Assembly: GCA_051313645.2 (NCBI GenBank)
Contig: JBNRSN020000107.1
Coordinates: 2,232,001 to 2,296,000, forward strand
DNA from: Centroscyllium fabricii
Lineage: Eukaryota
DNA length: 64,000 nucleotides
Direction: 5' to 3'
Positions 1 to 13,026 of the stretch are shown here, piece by piece. The position numbers and the translations under genes were made by a program. The notes below the pieces were generated by a model, which was given only the letters and a program-made list of their open reading frames with translations, was not told the origin of the DNA and did not search any database. Positions within the stretch are counted from its first letter, which is position 1. Every line of letters starts with the position of its first letter.

Positions 1-1745
1 GGCTCAGACGGCTGTCCAAAGGGGAGAAGAGCAGGGGAACTGGAGGCAATCATACGCTGAGAGGAATCAGACATAGTAGGGATAACTGAGACATGGCTAC
101 AGAAAAATAACAACTGGGAATTAAACATTGCAGGTTATAACATATTTAGAAAAGATAGAGCGGGAAAAGGGAGAGGTGGAGTAGCTGTACTCTTCGGCAG
201 GAGAAAAAAGAGACGCACTGTCAGCAAGACAAAATAGAATCCCTATGGATAGAGATAAAAGATCAGAAAGGATCAATCACACTAACAAGCATAGTCTACA
301 GACCACCTAATAGTGGAAGGGAGGTGGAGGAAGAAATATACAGAAAAATTAGGGAAATGAGTAAAAAACATGGAATAATAATCATGGGCGATTTCAGCTA
401 CCCCAATATTAATTGAATAGAAGAGGTTGGTAAAGGGGAGAAGGGAATTGAGTTCCTACAATGTGTACAGGATTCCTTTCTAACCCAATATGTAAGAAGA
501 CCAACAAGAGAGGATTCACTATTGGATCCAGTAATGGGGAATGAACCAGAGCAGATAAGAGAAATAAAGGCAGGGGAACATATAGGCAACAGTGAGCATA
601 ATATAATACGATTTAAGATGATAATTGAGAAGGACAGAAGTATGACGAAAACCAGGTTAATAGATTGGAGAAAAGCTGATTTTGAGGGTCTGAGAATAGA
701 ACTTGGGAAAATAAAATGGGCAACAATATTGGCAAACAATGACATAGAACAGCAATGGGAAACATTTAAAATGGTGTTCAACAGAGTGCAGGAAAAATAT
801 ATTCCACTGAAAGGAAAGAACAAACTAAACAATAATGAGACTCCATGGATGAATAAAGCCATAAGGGAACAATTGAGGGTAAGGAAAGAGGCAAACATCA
901 AGTACACGGACAACAGGGGAGTGCATGATGAGAGAAAATACAAAAAGATTAGGAGAGAAGTCAAAAAAACAAAGAGGAACTATGAAATTAAATTATCAAG
1001 GAACATAAAACAAAATAGTAAAATATTTTATAGGCACACCAATAAAAAAGGAAGGTTGTGATGGGAATAGGGCCATTAGGGGATAAACAGGATAATACCA
1101 CAGGTAACAATAGAGAGACGGCAGAAATATTAATTCATTATTTTGCTTCAGTATTTACCAGGGAGATAGAACAGGTGGACCTGACATTGGATGATGAGAT
1201 TAGTAATGAGATAAGTGCATTTAAAATATAAAAAGGGAATATATTAAATAAATTAATCTAACTCAAAGAGGATAAAACCCCTGGTCCGGATGGATTGCAT
1301 CCACACATTTTAAGAGAATCTAGGAAAGAGATAGCAGAGGCATTACTGCACATATTTAATAATTCATCAGAAAAAGGTGTAGTGCCAGAGGACTGGTGGA
1401 GAGCTAACGTAATACCGATATTTAAGAAATGGGATAGAACATGTCCAGGGAATTATAGACCAGTCAGCTTAACATCGGTGGTAGGAAAAATAATGGAATC
1501 CCTACTAAAGGAGAAAATAGAAGAATATCTAGAAACCAAAAATATAATAATGAACAGTCAACATGGATTTCAATTTCTTGCTTGACCAACCTTATTGAAT
1601 TTTTTGAAGAGGTAACAGAGAGAGTAGACAATGGTAATGCAGTAGATGTAATTTATCTGGATTTTTGAAAGGACTTCTATAAGGTACCCCATGTACCCCA
1701 TAATAGACTGATGAACAAGGTTAGAGAATGCGGAGTCAGGGGACA

Positions 1746-4700
1746 AGGGGGGATGAGGTCCTGCAGCAGGAATTCAGGGAGCTAGGTAGAGGATTAAGGA
1801 GCAGGACCTCAAAGGTTGTAATCTCTGGATTACTCCCTGTGCCACGAGCTAGTGAGTATAGGAATAGAAGGATAGAGCAGCTTAATGCGTGGCTGAAGAG
1901 TTGCTGTAGGAGGGAGGGCTTTCGTTTCCTGGATCATTGGAGCTGCTTCTGGGGAAGGTGGGACTTGTACAAGTCGGACGGTCTCCACCTTAACCAGAAC
2001 AGGACCAATATCCTTGCGGGGAGGTTTGCTAGCACTGTTGGGGGGGTGGGGGGGGGGGGGTTTAAACTAACTTGGCAGGGGGATGGGATACAGAGGGAAG
2101 CAAAAATAGGGGGCGATGTGCAGACAAATATAGAGGAAAAAATAAGTCAGCTTGGAAGGCAGAACAAATATGCCATAAGAACATAAGAAATAGGAGCAGG
2201 AGTCGGCCAATCGGCCCCTCGAGCCTGCTCCGCCATTCAACAAGATCATGGCTGATCTGATCCTAACCTCAATTTTATTTTTACTCTCCATCCCGCCCAA
2301 ACCCATGTGATCACCCGGGGGAGGTGAAAAACCAGATAAAAAACCCAGTAGCCAACTTGGGAGAAAAAATCTGGGAAATTCCTCTCCGACCCATCTAGAC
2401 GATCGAAAACTGGTCCAGGAGATCACATGGCCGATCTGAACCTAGCCTCACGTCCACTTACCTGCCCGCTCACCATAACCCCTAATTCCCTTTACTTCCA
2501 GGAAACTGTCTATCTCTGTTTTAAATTTATTCAATGTAGTAGCTTCCACAGCTCTCTGGGGCAGCAAATTCCACAGCCCCACCACCCTCTGAGTGAAGAG
2601 GTTTCTCCTCATCTCAATTTTGAAATGGCAGCCCCTTATTTTAAGATGATGCCCCCGAGTCCTAGTTTCACCCACCATTGGGAACATCCTCACCGCATCC
2701 ACCCGATCAAGCCCTCTCACAATCTTATATGTTTCAATAAGATCGCCTCTCATTCTTCTGAACTCCAATGAGTAGAGGCCCAATCTACTCAGCCTCTCAT
2801 CATATGTTAGCCCCCTCATCCCCGGAATTAACCTAGTGAACCTTCTTTGCACTGCCTCGAGAGCAAGTATGTCCTTTCTTAAATATGGATACCAGAACTG
2901 CACGCAGTATTCCAGGTGTGGTCTCACCAATACCCTGTACAACTGCAGCAAGACCTCCCTGCTTTTATACTCCATCCCCTTAGCAATAAAAACCAACATT
3001 CCGTTGGCCTTCCTGACCACCTGCTGCACCTGCATATTAACTTTTTGTGTTTCCTGCACCAGGACCCCCAGATCCCTTTGCACTGAAGTACTTTCCAGTT
3101 TCTTTCCATTTAGATAATAACTCGCTCTATTATTTTTCCTGCCAAAGTGCATAACTTCACACTTTCCAGTATTATACTCCATCTGCCAAATCTCTGCCCA
3201 CTCACTTAGCCCATCTATGTCCTTTTGCAGGTTTTTAATGTCCTCCTCACTCATCACACTCCCTCCCATCTTTGTGTCATCTGCAAACTTTGTCTCGGCA
3301 CAAGGGGGTAGGGCAAGGTTAAATGGCATTTATTTTAATGCAAAGAGTCTGGTGAATAAGGGGGATGAATTGAAGGTGTTGTTAAACACATGGGAATATG
3401 ATATTGTTGCCATTACAGAGACATGGTTGAGGGAGGGGCAGGACTGGCAGCTCAACATTCCGGGGTATAGAATCTTCAGGCAAGACAGGGAGGGGGGAAA
3501 AGAGGAGGGGGTGTCACGATATTAATTAAGGAGTCAATTACTGCTGTAAGAAGGGATGATATATTGGCAGGGTCCTCTAATGAGGCTATTTGGGTGGAAC
3601 TTAAAAATAAGAAGGGGGCAAGCACATTACTGGGAGTATACTACAGACCCCCAAACAGTCAGAGGGAAATAGAGGAACAGATTTGCAGGCAAATCTCGGA
3701 GAAGTGTGGAAATAATAGGGTAGTAATAGTAGGGGATTTCAACTTCCCCAATATTGACTGGGATAGCCAAAGTGTGAAGGGCTTAGAGGGTGCAGAATCC
3801 TTAAAGTGCATCCAGGAGAGCTTTTTGAGCCAGTATGTAGGAAGTCCTACAAGGGAGGGGGCGGTATTAGACTTAATTCTGGGAAATGAGGACGGGCAAG
3901 TGGAAGAAGTGTCTGTAGCAGAGCACTTTGGGGACAGTGACCATAATTCGGTAATATTTAAGGTAGTAATGGAAAAGGACAAAGATGGACCAGAAATAAA
4001 GGTTCTAAATTGGGGCAAGGCCGATTTTAATATGATAAGGCAGGAGCTGGCCCAAGTGGACTGGGACCAGCTACGCGAAGGAAAGCCCGCATCAGAACAG
4101 TTGGAGGCGTTCAGAAAGGATATTGAGAAAGTACAAGGGAAACATGTTCCCCATAAGGTCAAGGGTGGGACCAATAAGCCCAGGGAACCTTGATTCGGAA
4201 AAAAAGGGGGGCTTTCGGCAGACATGAAGAACTAAAGACAGAGGAGGCTCTAGAGGAGTATAGAAGGTGCAGGGGGTTACTTTAAAAAAGAAATTAGGAG
4301 AGCGAGGAGGGGCCATGAGATAACCCTGGTGGGCAGAATAAAAGAAAATCCTAAGATGTTTTATAAGTATATTAAGGGCAAGAGGATAACGAGGGAAAGG
4401 GTGGGGCCCATTAGGGACCAAAGTGGGAATCTGTGTGTAGAGCCAGAGGATGTAGGTGGGGTTTTGAATGAATTTTTTGCATCTGTGTTCACTGTGGAGA
4501 AGGGCAATGTGGACATAGAAATAAGACAGGAGGAATGCGATACACTTGGTCATATTAGTACTGACAGGGAGGAGGTACTAGCGGTTTTAGCAGGCTTAAA
4601 AGTGGATAAGTCTCCAGGCCCTGACGAGATGTATCCCAGGCTGCTGGGCAAGGCTAAGAAAGAGATTGCAGGGGCTCTGACACAATTTTTCAGAACCTCT

Positions 4701-6158
4701 CTGGCCACAGGGGATGTGCTGGAGGACTGGAGAATGGCCAATGAAGTGCCTTCAAGAAAGGTAGTGGGGATAAACCAGGGAATTACAGGCCGGTGAGCCT
4801 GACATCAGTGATGGGGAAATTACTAGAATAAATCCTGATGGACAGAATTAGTCTCCACTTGGAGAGAAAAGGATTAATTAAGGATAGTCAGCATAGCTTC
4901 GTCAAGGGAAGATCATGTCTGACTAATTTGATTTAATTTTTTGAACGGGTGACCAGGTGTGTGGATGAGGGTAGTGCAGTGGATGTGGTATACATGGATT
5001 TTAGTAAGGCTTTTGATAAGGTCCCGCATAGGAGACTGGTCAAGAAGGTAAGAGCCCATGGGATCCAGGGCACCTTGGCACAGTGGATTCAAAACTGGCT
5101 TAGTGACAGGAGGCAGAGGGTGATGTTCGAAGGTTGTTTTTGTGATTGGAAGCCTGTGTCCAGTGGGGTACCGCAGGGATCGGTGTTGGGTCCCTTGCTG
5201 TTTGTAGTCTATATTAATGATTTAGATATTAATGTAAAAGGCATGATCAGTAAGTTTGCAGATGACACAAAAGTTGGGGGGTTGGTAAATAGTGAGGAGG
5301 AACATGCAGGACGACATAGACGAGTTGGTCAGATGGGCGGAACAGTGGCAAATGGAATTTAATCCTGAAAAGTGTGAGGTGATGCATTTCGGTAGGTCTA
5401 ACATGGCAGGGGAATACACCATAAATGGTAAGACCCTAGGGAAGACAGAGGATCAGAGGGACCTTGGTGTGCAGGTACATAGGTCCCTGAAGGCAGCAGG
5501 ACAGGTGGATAAGGTGGTTAAAAAGGCATATGGGATACTTGCCTTCATTAGCCGAGGCATAGAATATAAGAGCAGGGAGGCTATGATGGAGCTGTACAAA
5601 ACGCTGGTAAGACCACAGCTGGAGTACTGTGTGCAGTTCTGGTCGCCACACTACAGGAAGGATGTAATAGCTTTGGAGAGGGTGCAGAGGAGATTCACCA
5701 GGATACTGCCTGGGCTGGGGAACTTCAGCTATGAAGAGAGACTGGAGAGGCTGGGGTTGTTTTCTTTGGAGCAGAGGAGGCTGAGGGGGGACCTGATTGA
5801 GGTGTACAAAATTATGAGGGGAATAGATAGGGTGGATGGAGTGGAACTTTTTCCCTTGGTTGAGGGGTCAATAACTAGGGGGTATAATTTCAGGGTAAGG
5901 GGCAGGAGGTATCGTGGGGATGTGAGGAAGAACTTTTTCACCCAGAGGGTGGTTGGAGTCTGGAACTCACTGCCTGAGAGGGTGGTAGAGGCAGGAACCC
6001 TCACAACATTGAAAAAGCATTTGGATGAGCACTTGAAATGCCACAGCATACAAGGCTACGGACCAAATGTGGGAAAATTGGAGTAGTATAGACTGGGATT
6101 GATGGGCGGCACGGACGCGATGGGCCGAAGGGCCTCTATCTGTGCTGTATTACTCTAT
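1746..6158 (+). mobile_element. CR1 LINE with ORF1 esterase remnant and ORF2, inserted in the first CR1 and itself split by another CR1
   Basis: SGNH-like ORF1 fragment (WDLYKSDGLHL), endonuclease (AITETWL, GDFNFP, SDHN), RT and C-terminal NFFTQRVV motif; stops and frameshifts present. Confidence 0.85.
2173..3291 (-). mobile_element. 5'-truncated young CR1 LINE
   Basis: Open ORF2 C-terminus 2448-3291 (KFADDTK ... RGDLIETYK ... FTQRVV) and 3' UTR ending in (TTCTTATG)n; near-identical to 30148-31307. Confidence 0.9.
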
Positions 6159-6715
6159 GGCAACTAGCAGAATGGATTGCTGGCTGGTTTCAGTTCAGAA
6201 AGCAGCGAGAGTAGGAGTGAAGGGAAGCTGTTCACCGTGGCAGAAGGTGGGTAGTGGTGTTCCACAAGGATCAGTGCTGGGACCACTGCTGTTCACAATT
6301 TACATTAACAATTTAGACTTAGGAATCAAAAACACAATTTCTAAATTTGCAGATGACACAAAATTGAGGGTGATAGTCAATACTGAGGAGGACTGCAACA
6401 AGTTACAGGCGGACATTAATAAACTTGCATAATGAGCATATAATTGACAAATGAAGTTCAACATAGATAAATGTGAGATACCTGTATTACATTTTGGTAG
6501 GAAGAATAGGGAGGTCACTTATCACTTGGATGGTGCGGTAGAGGAATAAAGGGATCTCGGAGTACAAATACACAAATCACTAAAAGTTGTGACGCAGCTT
6601 AGCAAAGCCATTAAAAAAAGCAAACCAAGCACTAGGGTTTATTTCTACAGGGATAGAATTGAAAGGTAGAGAAGTTATGCTAAACCCGTATCGAACCTTG
6701 GTTAGACCACACTTA

Positions 6716-7414
6716 TGCCCTAGTTTCACTGGAGGCTAAGTATGCCAAGTATCCCAAGAATCGTCCAGAATCGAAATCTTGGCGATTCTTGGTGATTCTG
6801 CATTCAAATGCAAAAAATACTTGGTTGAATCTTGGCGATTCTTGGTGAATTCTTGGCGATTCTGGACAAGGTTACGAATCTATCACGAATTATTTTACGA
6901 ATGAGGTACGAATCACTCACGAATCCACCACGAATTGCAAGAATTAATTAAGAATCCACTATGAACTCCACGAATTAGTTACGAATTCTACGAATTAGCT
7001 ACGAATTATCTACGAATTGCATTCGTAGTGCATTCGTGGACATTCGTGGTGCATTCGTGGTGCATTCTTGATTTTGAAAAAATCAAGAATGCCCAAGAAT
7101 AGTCAAGAATGCACCACGAATCCACTACGAATCAGTTACGAACGGTAAGAAAGGGTCACGAACGGTAAGAATGGGTCACGAATTGTTTACGAATCTATCA
7201 CGAATTGAAAATTCGTGAACCCTCCTACGAAATTTTTTGACAAACAAAAACTTTCCTTAAAACTAAAAGAACTCCCGCGAACTACCGCGAACTCTACGAT
7301 TCCGCTACGAATCCACTACGAATCTACTACGAATTGCAAGAATGACCCACGAATCGGCCAAATTTAAAAATCGGCACGATTCGGGAATTCGTAGCCTCCA
7401 GTGAAACTAGGGCA
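6716..7414. mobile_element. PIF/Harbinger-like MITE, copy 1 of a tandem pair
   Basis: Perfect 23-bp TIRs TGCCCTAGTTTCACTGGAGGCTA; TTA on both sides; interior built from ACGAAT/AAGAAT motifs. Confidence 0.8.
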
Positions 7415-7417
7415 TTA

Positions 7418-8157
7418 TGCCCTAGTTTCACTGGAGGCTAAGTATGCCAAGTATCCCAAGAATCGTCAAGAATCGAAATCTTGGCGATTCTTGGTGATTC
7501 TGCATGAAATGCGAAAAATACTTGGTTGAATCTTGGCAATTCTTGGCGATTCTGGACAAGGTTACGAATCTATCACGAATTATTTTACGAATGAGGTACG
7601 AATCACTCACGAATCCACCACGAATTGCAAGAATTAATTAAGAATCCACTACGAACTCCACGAATTAGTTACGAATTCTACGAATTAGCTACGAATTATC
7701 TACGAATTGCATTCGTAGTGCATTCGTAGACATTCGTGGACAATCGTGGTGCATTCGTGGTGCATTCGTGGTGCATTCTTGATTTTGAAAAAATCAAGAA
7801 TGCCCAAGAATAGTCAAGAATGCACCACGAATCCACTACGAATCAGTTACGAACGGTAAGAAAGGGTCACGAACGGTAAGAATGGGTCACGAATTGTTTA
7901 CGAATCTATCACGAATTGGAAATTCGTGAACCCTCCTACGAAATTTTTTGACAAACAAAAACTTTCTTTAAAACTCAAAGAACTCCCGCGAACTCCCGCG
8001 AACTACCGCGAACTCTACGAAACCGCTACGAATCCACTACGAATCCACTACGAATCCACTACGAATCTACTACGAATTGCAAGAATGACCCACGAATCGG
8101 CCAAATTTCAAAATCGGCACGATTCGGGAATTCGTAGCCTCCAGTGAAACTAGGGCA
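7418..8157. mobile_element. PIF/Harbinger-like MITE, copy 2 of a tandem pair
   Basis: Same TIRs, TTA at 7415-7417 and 8158-8160; removing both copies restores the CR1 sequence ccacacTTAgagtac. Confidence 0.8.
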
Positions 8158-8188
8158 TTAGAGTACTGTGTACACTTCTGGTCGCCAT

Positions 8189-8926
8189 GGGGGCGATTCT
8201 GTTAATGGGGGTGTGTTGGAGGCGGGACTGCTCCTTGGCAGGTCAATGTCCCGCCTCCTTCGATTTGTGGCCAACCCACGCCAATTTCCCTTGATTGACC
8301 TTGTTAAGCCCGCCCAGCGGGCCCAGCAGGCCAATTAAAGGAAAGCCGGTTGATGAAGCTGTCCAGCAGTGACATTCTCTGTAGTTTAATGAGGTCTTGA
8401 ATTCAAGACTTCATCAAACTTCTTTCTTTTACAGAAATGAGATGGTTGTTGCATCTACGAATGCAACGGCCATCTCTCATCTGCAACATGGAGGTCCGAG
8501 ACTCTTCGCATACACACCGACTGAAGCCTGCAGGAAGAATCAAAGGTAAGTACACTTTTACTAACACTTTGCACTTACCTCAGATACTCACCTCTACACT
8601 TGTGCCCCCATCACTCACCTTCACAGCGCACTTTCGCACCCCACAGACCCAGTACTTGCCTCGCTGACCTGGCGGGTTTTGGAGCCTTCGGGAAGCCTGC
8701 ACATGTGAGGGCTAAAAGGGGATAATCCTATTTTCTGCCCGTTAACTACGTGTTATCAGGCAGTTAATAGGCTTTAATCCCTTACCACCTCCAAGGAGAC
8801 GAGACCCGGCGCGGGACTGCTACCCGCCTCCTAGGAAGATGAGACAGAGGCAGGTTGGGCACCCGCCCCCAAATTCTGCCATTTTCCCGGCAGATCCGCC
8901 TCCCCAGGGCTGGCAGAATCACCCCC
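8189..8926. mobile_element. Non-autonomous TIR element (Harbinger/ISL2EU-like)
   Basis: TIRs GGGGGCGATTCTG ... CAGAATCACCCCC; AT (or CAT) duplication; removal restores CR1 gtcgccatattataaaaag. Confidence 0.7.
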
Positions 8927-9499
8927 ATATTATAAAAAGAATATGGAGGCACTGGAGAGGGTGCAGAGAAAGATGATACCAGAAATGCAAGGGTTTACCT
9001 ATCAGGAAAGGGTGAACAGGCTGGGTCTCTTTTCTCTTGAAAAAAGAAGGCTGAGGGGTGACCTAATAGAGGTCTTTAAAATGATGAAAAATTTTGATAG
9101 AGTGGATCCAGAGAGAATGTTTCCACCTGTGGGGAAGAGCAAAACCAGAGGCCATCAATATAAGATAATCACTAATAAATCCAATAGGGAATTCAGGAGA
9201 AAGCTCTTTACCCAGAGAGTGGTGAGAATGTGGAACTCGCTCCCACAGGGAGTGGTTGAGGAGAATAATATCGATGTATTTAAGGGGAAGCTGGATAAAC
9301 ACGAGGGAGAAAGGAATAGAAGGTTACGCTGATAGATTTAGATGAGGAAAGACGGGAGGAGGCTCGAGTGGAGCATAAATGCCGGCATGGACTGGTTGGG
9401 CCGAATGGCCCGTTTCTGTGCCGTATATCCTATGTAATCCTATATAAAAACATTCAGCCATCTTGACTAAATCAAATTACATTATGATGCATGTCTTCC

Positions 9500-10830
9500 G
9501 CAACCGTGCAGCCACCCAACACCATCCTAACTCGTCTCCCTTTACTCTTTCCCCATGGTCCTTCTCAACAGCTAGAGCCCGCCCCCTCCTCCCCCCCGCC
9601 CCCCACCCCGAAGAAGTCACCTCAGAGGAAGAGAATCCTTCTGAGGAGGCACTGTCGCGCACTCCATCACTGACAAGCACCTCCACAGAGATTGGCACCC
9701 CGCTGGGTTAGAGAGTGAGGTAGAGAGGCCAGTACGGGATGATGCATTTGGTGGCAGGGACAGCCCAGGGGACAGAGTTCCTCACCCAGCTCTGCTAACG
9801 CGGACAGAGGTGAGGACATTGGAAGCCCAGCAGTGAGAATAAAACTGCTTGCCTCATACAAGCAGTTGTACAGGTATTGGAAGTCCTGCTAAAGAGTTTC
9901 AGTCCTATGGCTGGATGTATAGAGTCCAGTTCCAGCTTCAGTGGTGTCATCTCTCATGGCATCAGCACTCTACAGTCTATGTTGGAGAGCATGGATGCTG
10001 CACCAGGGCCCACACAACAGGAGTCTATGTTGGCACGTTTTGCAGCTTTGGCGGAAGCTCAAACGACTGCCGTACAAACTCTGGGCTCAAACCTATGATC
10101 CCCTTGCATAGACAGACATACTCCAATTCTGGCCTCTTGCGCATCCCCACTTTTCATCACTCTACCATTGGCAGCCATGCCTTCAGCTGCCAAGGCTCTA
10201 AGCTCTGGAATTCCCTCTCTAAACCTCTCCACCTCGCTCTCCTTTAATTTGCTCATTAAAACCTACCTCTTTGACCAATATCTCCTTATGTAGCTTGGTG
10301 TAAAATTTTGTCTGATAACACTCCTGTGAAACGCCTTGGGACATTTTTATTATGTTAAAGTTGCTAGATAAATGCAAGTTGTTGTTGGAGAGGGAGAGGT
10401 CTGCCTTGGAGATAGTGGTGGAGCAAGTGGAAAGGGGCTTTCAAGGAGTCACTCACCTTCTGCAGCCTGCCCTCCCCCAGATCAGTGGGAGTGATGAACC
10501 CTGGCCCCATGGGACAGGCAGTGGGAGTGACGGGTGTTGCCCTCTCTCAGGATATCAGCACGTTTGCTCACTCGCCATCCCCTCAACCAGCACTCAGTAC
10601 AGTGCCAGAAAGCCAGACAGCCCCGGCAAAAGCCCAGTTGCAGCAACTCGCGGCCCGATTCTCTCAGGCTCAATCACCGAGGAGTCGTCAGCCATAGTCG
10701 TCTCCAGGCTCCCCACATGAGCAACAGGCCCTTCCACCAGCTCACCAGGAAACACTGGGGGAGCATCTCGTAGAATAGTAGAGGGAGGAAACCTTCTGTT
10801 AAGAAAAGCACTGTGGGTTGAGCATGTGGT
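9500..10830 (+). mobile_element. Decayed Harbinger Myb/SANT-gene remnant with an L2-type tail inserted at ~10110-10385
   Basis: Acidic/low-complexity fragments (EEVTSEEENPSEEAL...TSTSTEIGT) resembling the C-terminal part of shark Harbinger accessory proteins; many stops. Confidence 0.4.
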
Positions 10831-11595
10831 TGTGAAGAGATTTTATCATAGAATGATACAGCACACAAGGAAGCCATTCGGCCCATCGTACCTGTGCCGG
10901 CTCTTTGAAAGAGCTCTCCAATCAGTCCCACTCCCTGCTCTTTCCCCACAGCCCTGCACATGTTCACCCCTTCAAGTATTTATCCAATTCCCTTTTGAAA
11001 GTTATTATTGAATTTTCTTTCTTTTACATTGTCAATTTGGATATATATTAATAAGAATGGCTCTGGTACCATTTGTAAGGATGCACTTCCTCCTTGGTTG
11101 GCAGGCTGAGAATAAACATTCAATTTTTGACCATCATTCTTCACATTACTTTCCAGCAGTCAGTCATTGCTAGCTTGGAACCACAGAATCATAGATGTTT
11201 ATAGCACAGAAGGAGGCCATTTGGCCCATCATGGCTGTACCTGCTGTTTGTTAGCGCACTGAAAAACTCATCCTACTCCCCTACTTTCTCCCCATAGCCC
11301 CACGTCCTCCTCTGCTTCAAACATTCACCCACTCTTCCCTTAAAAGATGCAACAGTCTTTGCTTTACCTTTCTCTCTCTCTGTGGTAAGGCATTCTTGGA
11401 GGCCTGCAGCAAGTTGCTCTTTATATTACAGTGTGCCTTGTTTCTGTAAGTTTGTTGAATTAGTTTTGGATATGCACTGCCACGGAATGTGTCTCCATTT
11501 TGAGTAATCCATCCAGGTGCTTTAGCAAGACTAATGGGACAATTAGCTCTGTAAGTATTTTTTTATGTAGCACTGTTTAAATAACTGGGTAATAA

Positions 11596-11715
<120 letters not shown>

Positions 11716-11944
11716 TAGCCAGTGACTTAAAATGCTGTTCGTGGTATATATCAAGCATCCAGAATGCGCACCTGAAAATTGTAAATTGTATAATGTTACA
11801 AGAATGTGTACAGTGTCTGTGATTTCCCCTTTAAGAGCAAATCAGGTAATTCCATATTCTAATGCTCAGAAAATCATCGGCTGTGGGTCCAAGGTCTCTG
11901 CGTGGGTATGCTGGAGGAAAATTCCACCCAATGATTTTTAGTTT

Positions 11945-12350
11945 TTAAAAAATTCATTCATGGAATTGGGTGTCGCTGGCAAGGCCAGCATTTATTGCCC
12001 ATCCCTAGTTGCCCTTGAGAAGGTGGTGGTGAGCCGTCTTCTTGAACCGCTGCAGTCCGTGTGGTGAAGGTGCTCCCACAGTGCTGTTAGGGAGGGAGTT
12101 CCAGGATTTTGACCCAGCGACGATGAAGGATCGACCGATATATTTCCAAGTCAGAATGGTGTGTGACTTGGAGGGAAACTTGAAGGTGGTGGTGTTCTCA
12201 TGCGCCTGCTGCCCTTGTCCATCTAGGTGGAAGAGGTCACGGGTTTGGGAGGTGCTGCCGAAGAAGCCTTGGCGAGTTGCTGCAGTGCATCTTGTAGATG
12301 GTACACACTGCAGCCACGGTGCGCCGGTGGTGGAGGGAGTGAATGTTTAA
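11945..12350 (-). mobile_element. CR1-clade LINE 3' fragment
   Basis: LNIHSLHHRRTVAAVCTIYKMHCSNSPRLLRQHLPNP and tail AATAAATGCTGGCCTTGCCAGCGAC; same family as 32766-33600. Confidence 0.75.
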
Positions 12351-13026
12351 GTTGAAGATAGTTACCTTTAAAGCAGGAGTCTGCAACCATTTAGTCTTTG
12401 TGAGCCCCCAATGCACAATGCCCATTTGCACTCTAGCACGGGTTGGCGATGCTAACGGATCTTGGTGTTCTTCATTAGGATTGATCCACCAATGAGACAA
12501 CACCACTAAGAACAGCCCTTTCCAAACCTCCAGCTCCACGTGTTCAATCCACAAATAGGAAGTCTAAGCGCAAAAGGGACTGATTTGCCTGGGCTTTGAG
12601 GGCTTGATTGGTTGGGCTCAATGGACTACATGCTGAACGCCCCTTGTTAAAAGCAGTGTAATTGTAATTTATTTTCATCACCAGTCGCTATCTCATAGTG
12701 TTGCACTCTGAGTCAAGACCAAGTGCAGCATTCAGGTCATGTAGGGTTAAAGGATTAGGTAGCAATTGGAACTGATGCTGCAGCAGTCAAGAGCGGGGCA
12801 GCGGGTGGGGAAGATGAGGAGAGTGGGGGGAGGGAATAGGAGCCGGGTAGGGGGAGGGGATGGGGATACGAGGAGGAAATTCTGCTGGGGATTTGCGCTG
12901 CGCACAGACCTGGAGTTTCTGCTCCGTAGGGGTGGGGAAAGGAGTTCATTGCGCGCAGGAATGGTAGCGTAGTGGTGATGTCACTGGACTAGTAATCCAG
13001 AGGCCTGGACTAATGATCCAGAGACC

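Larger units (their letters stand above)
1..9445 (+). mobile_element. Decayed CR1 LINE (host of a nested stack); pieces at ~1-1745, ~6159-6715, 8161-8188, 8927-9445
   Basis: APE-endonuclease and RT fragments ([34 protein letters not shown]) collinear across the interruptions; CR1-type 3' tail near 9340-9445. Confidence 0.85.

Noticed and set aside
398-6049. Long ORFs antisense to the LINEs (and similarly to the Gypsy pol genes)
   Set aside because: They are shadow frames of retroelement coding sequence with no independent motifs.
6716-8157. CRISPR-like or bacterial contaminant repeat array
   Set aside because: No constant repeat with unique spacers. It has TIRs and TTA duplications and sits cleanly inside a vertebrate CR1.
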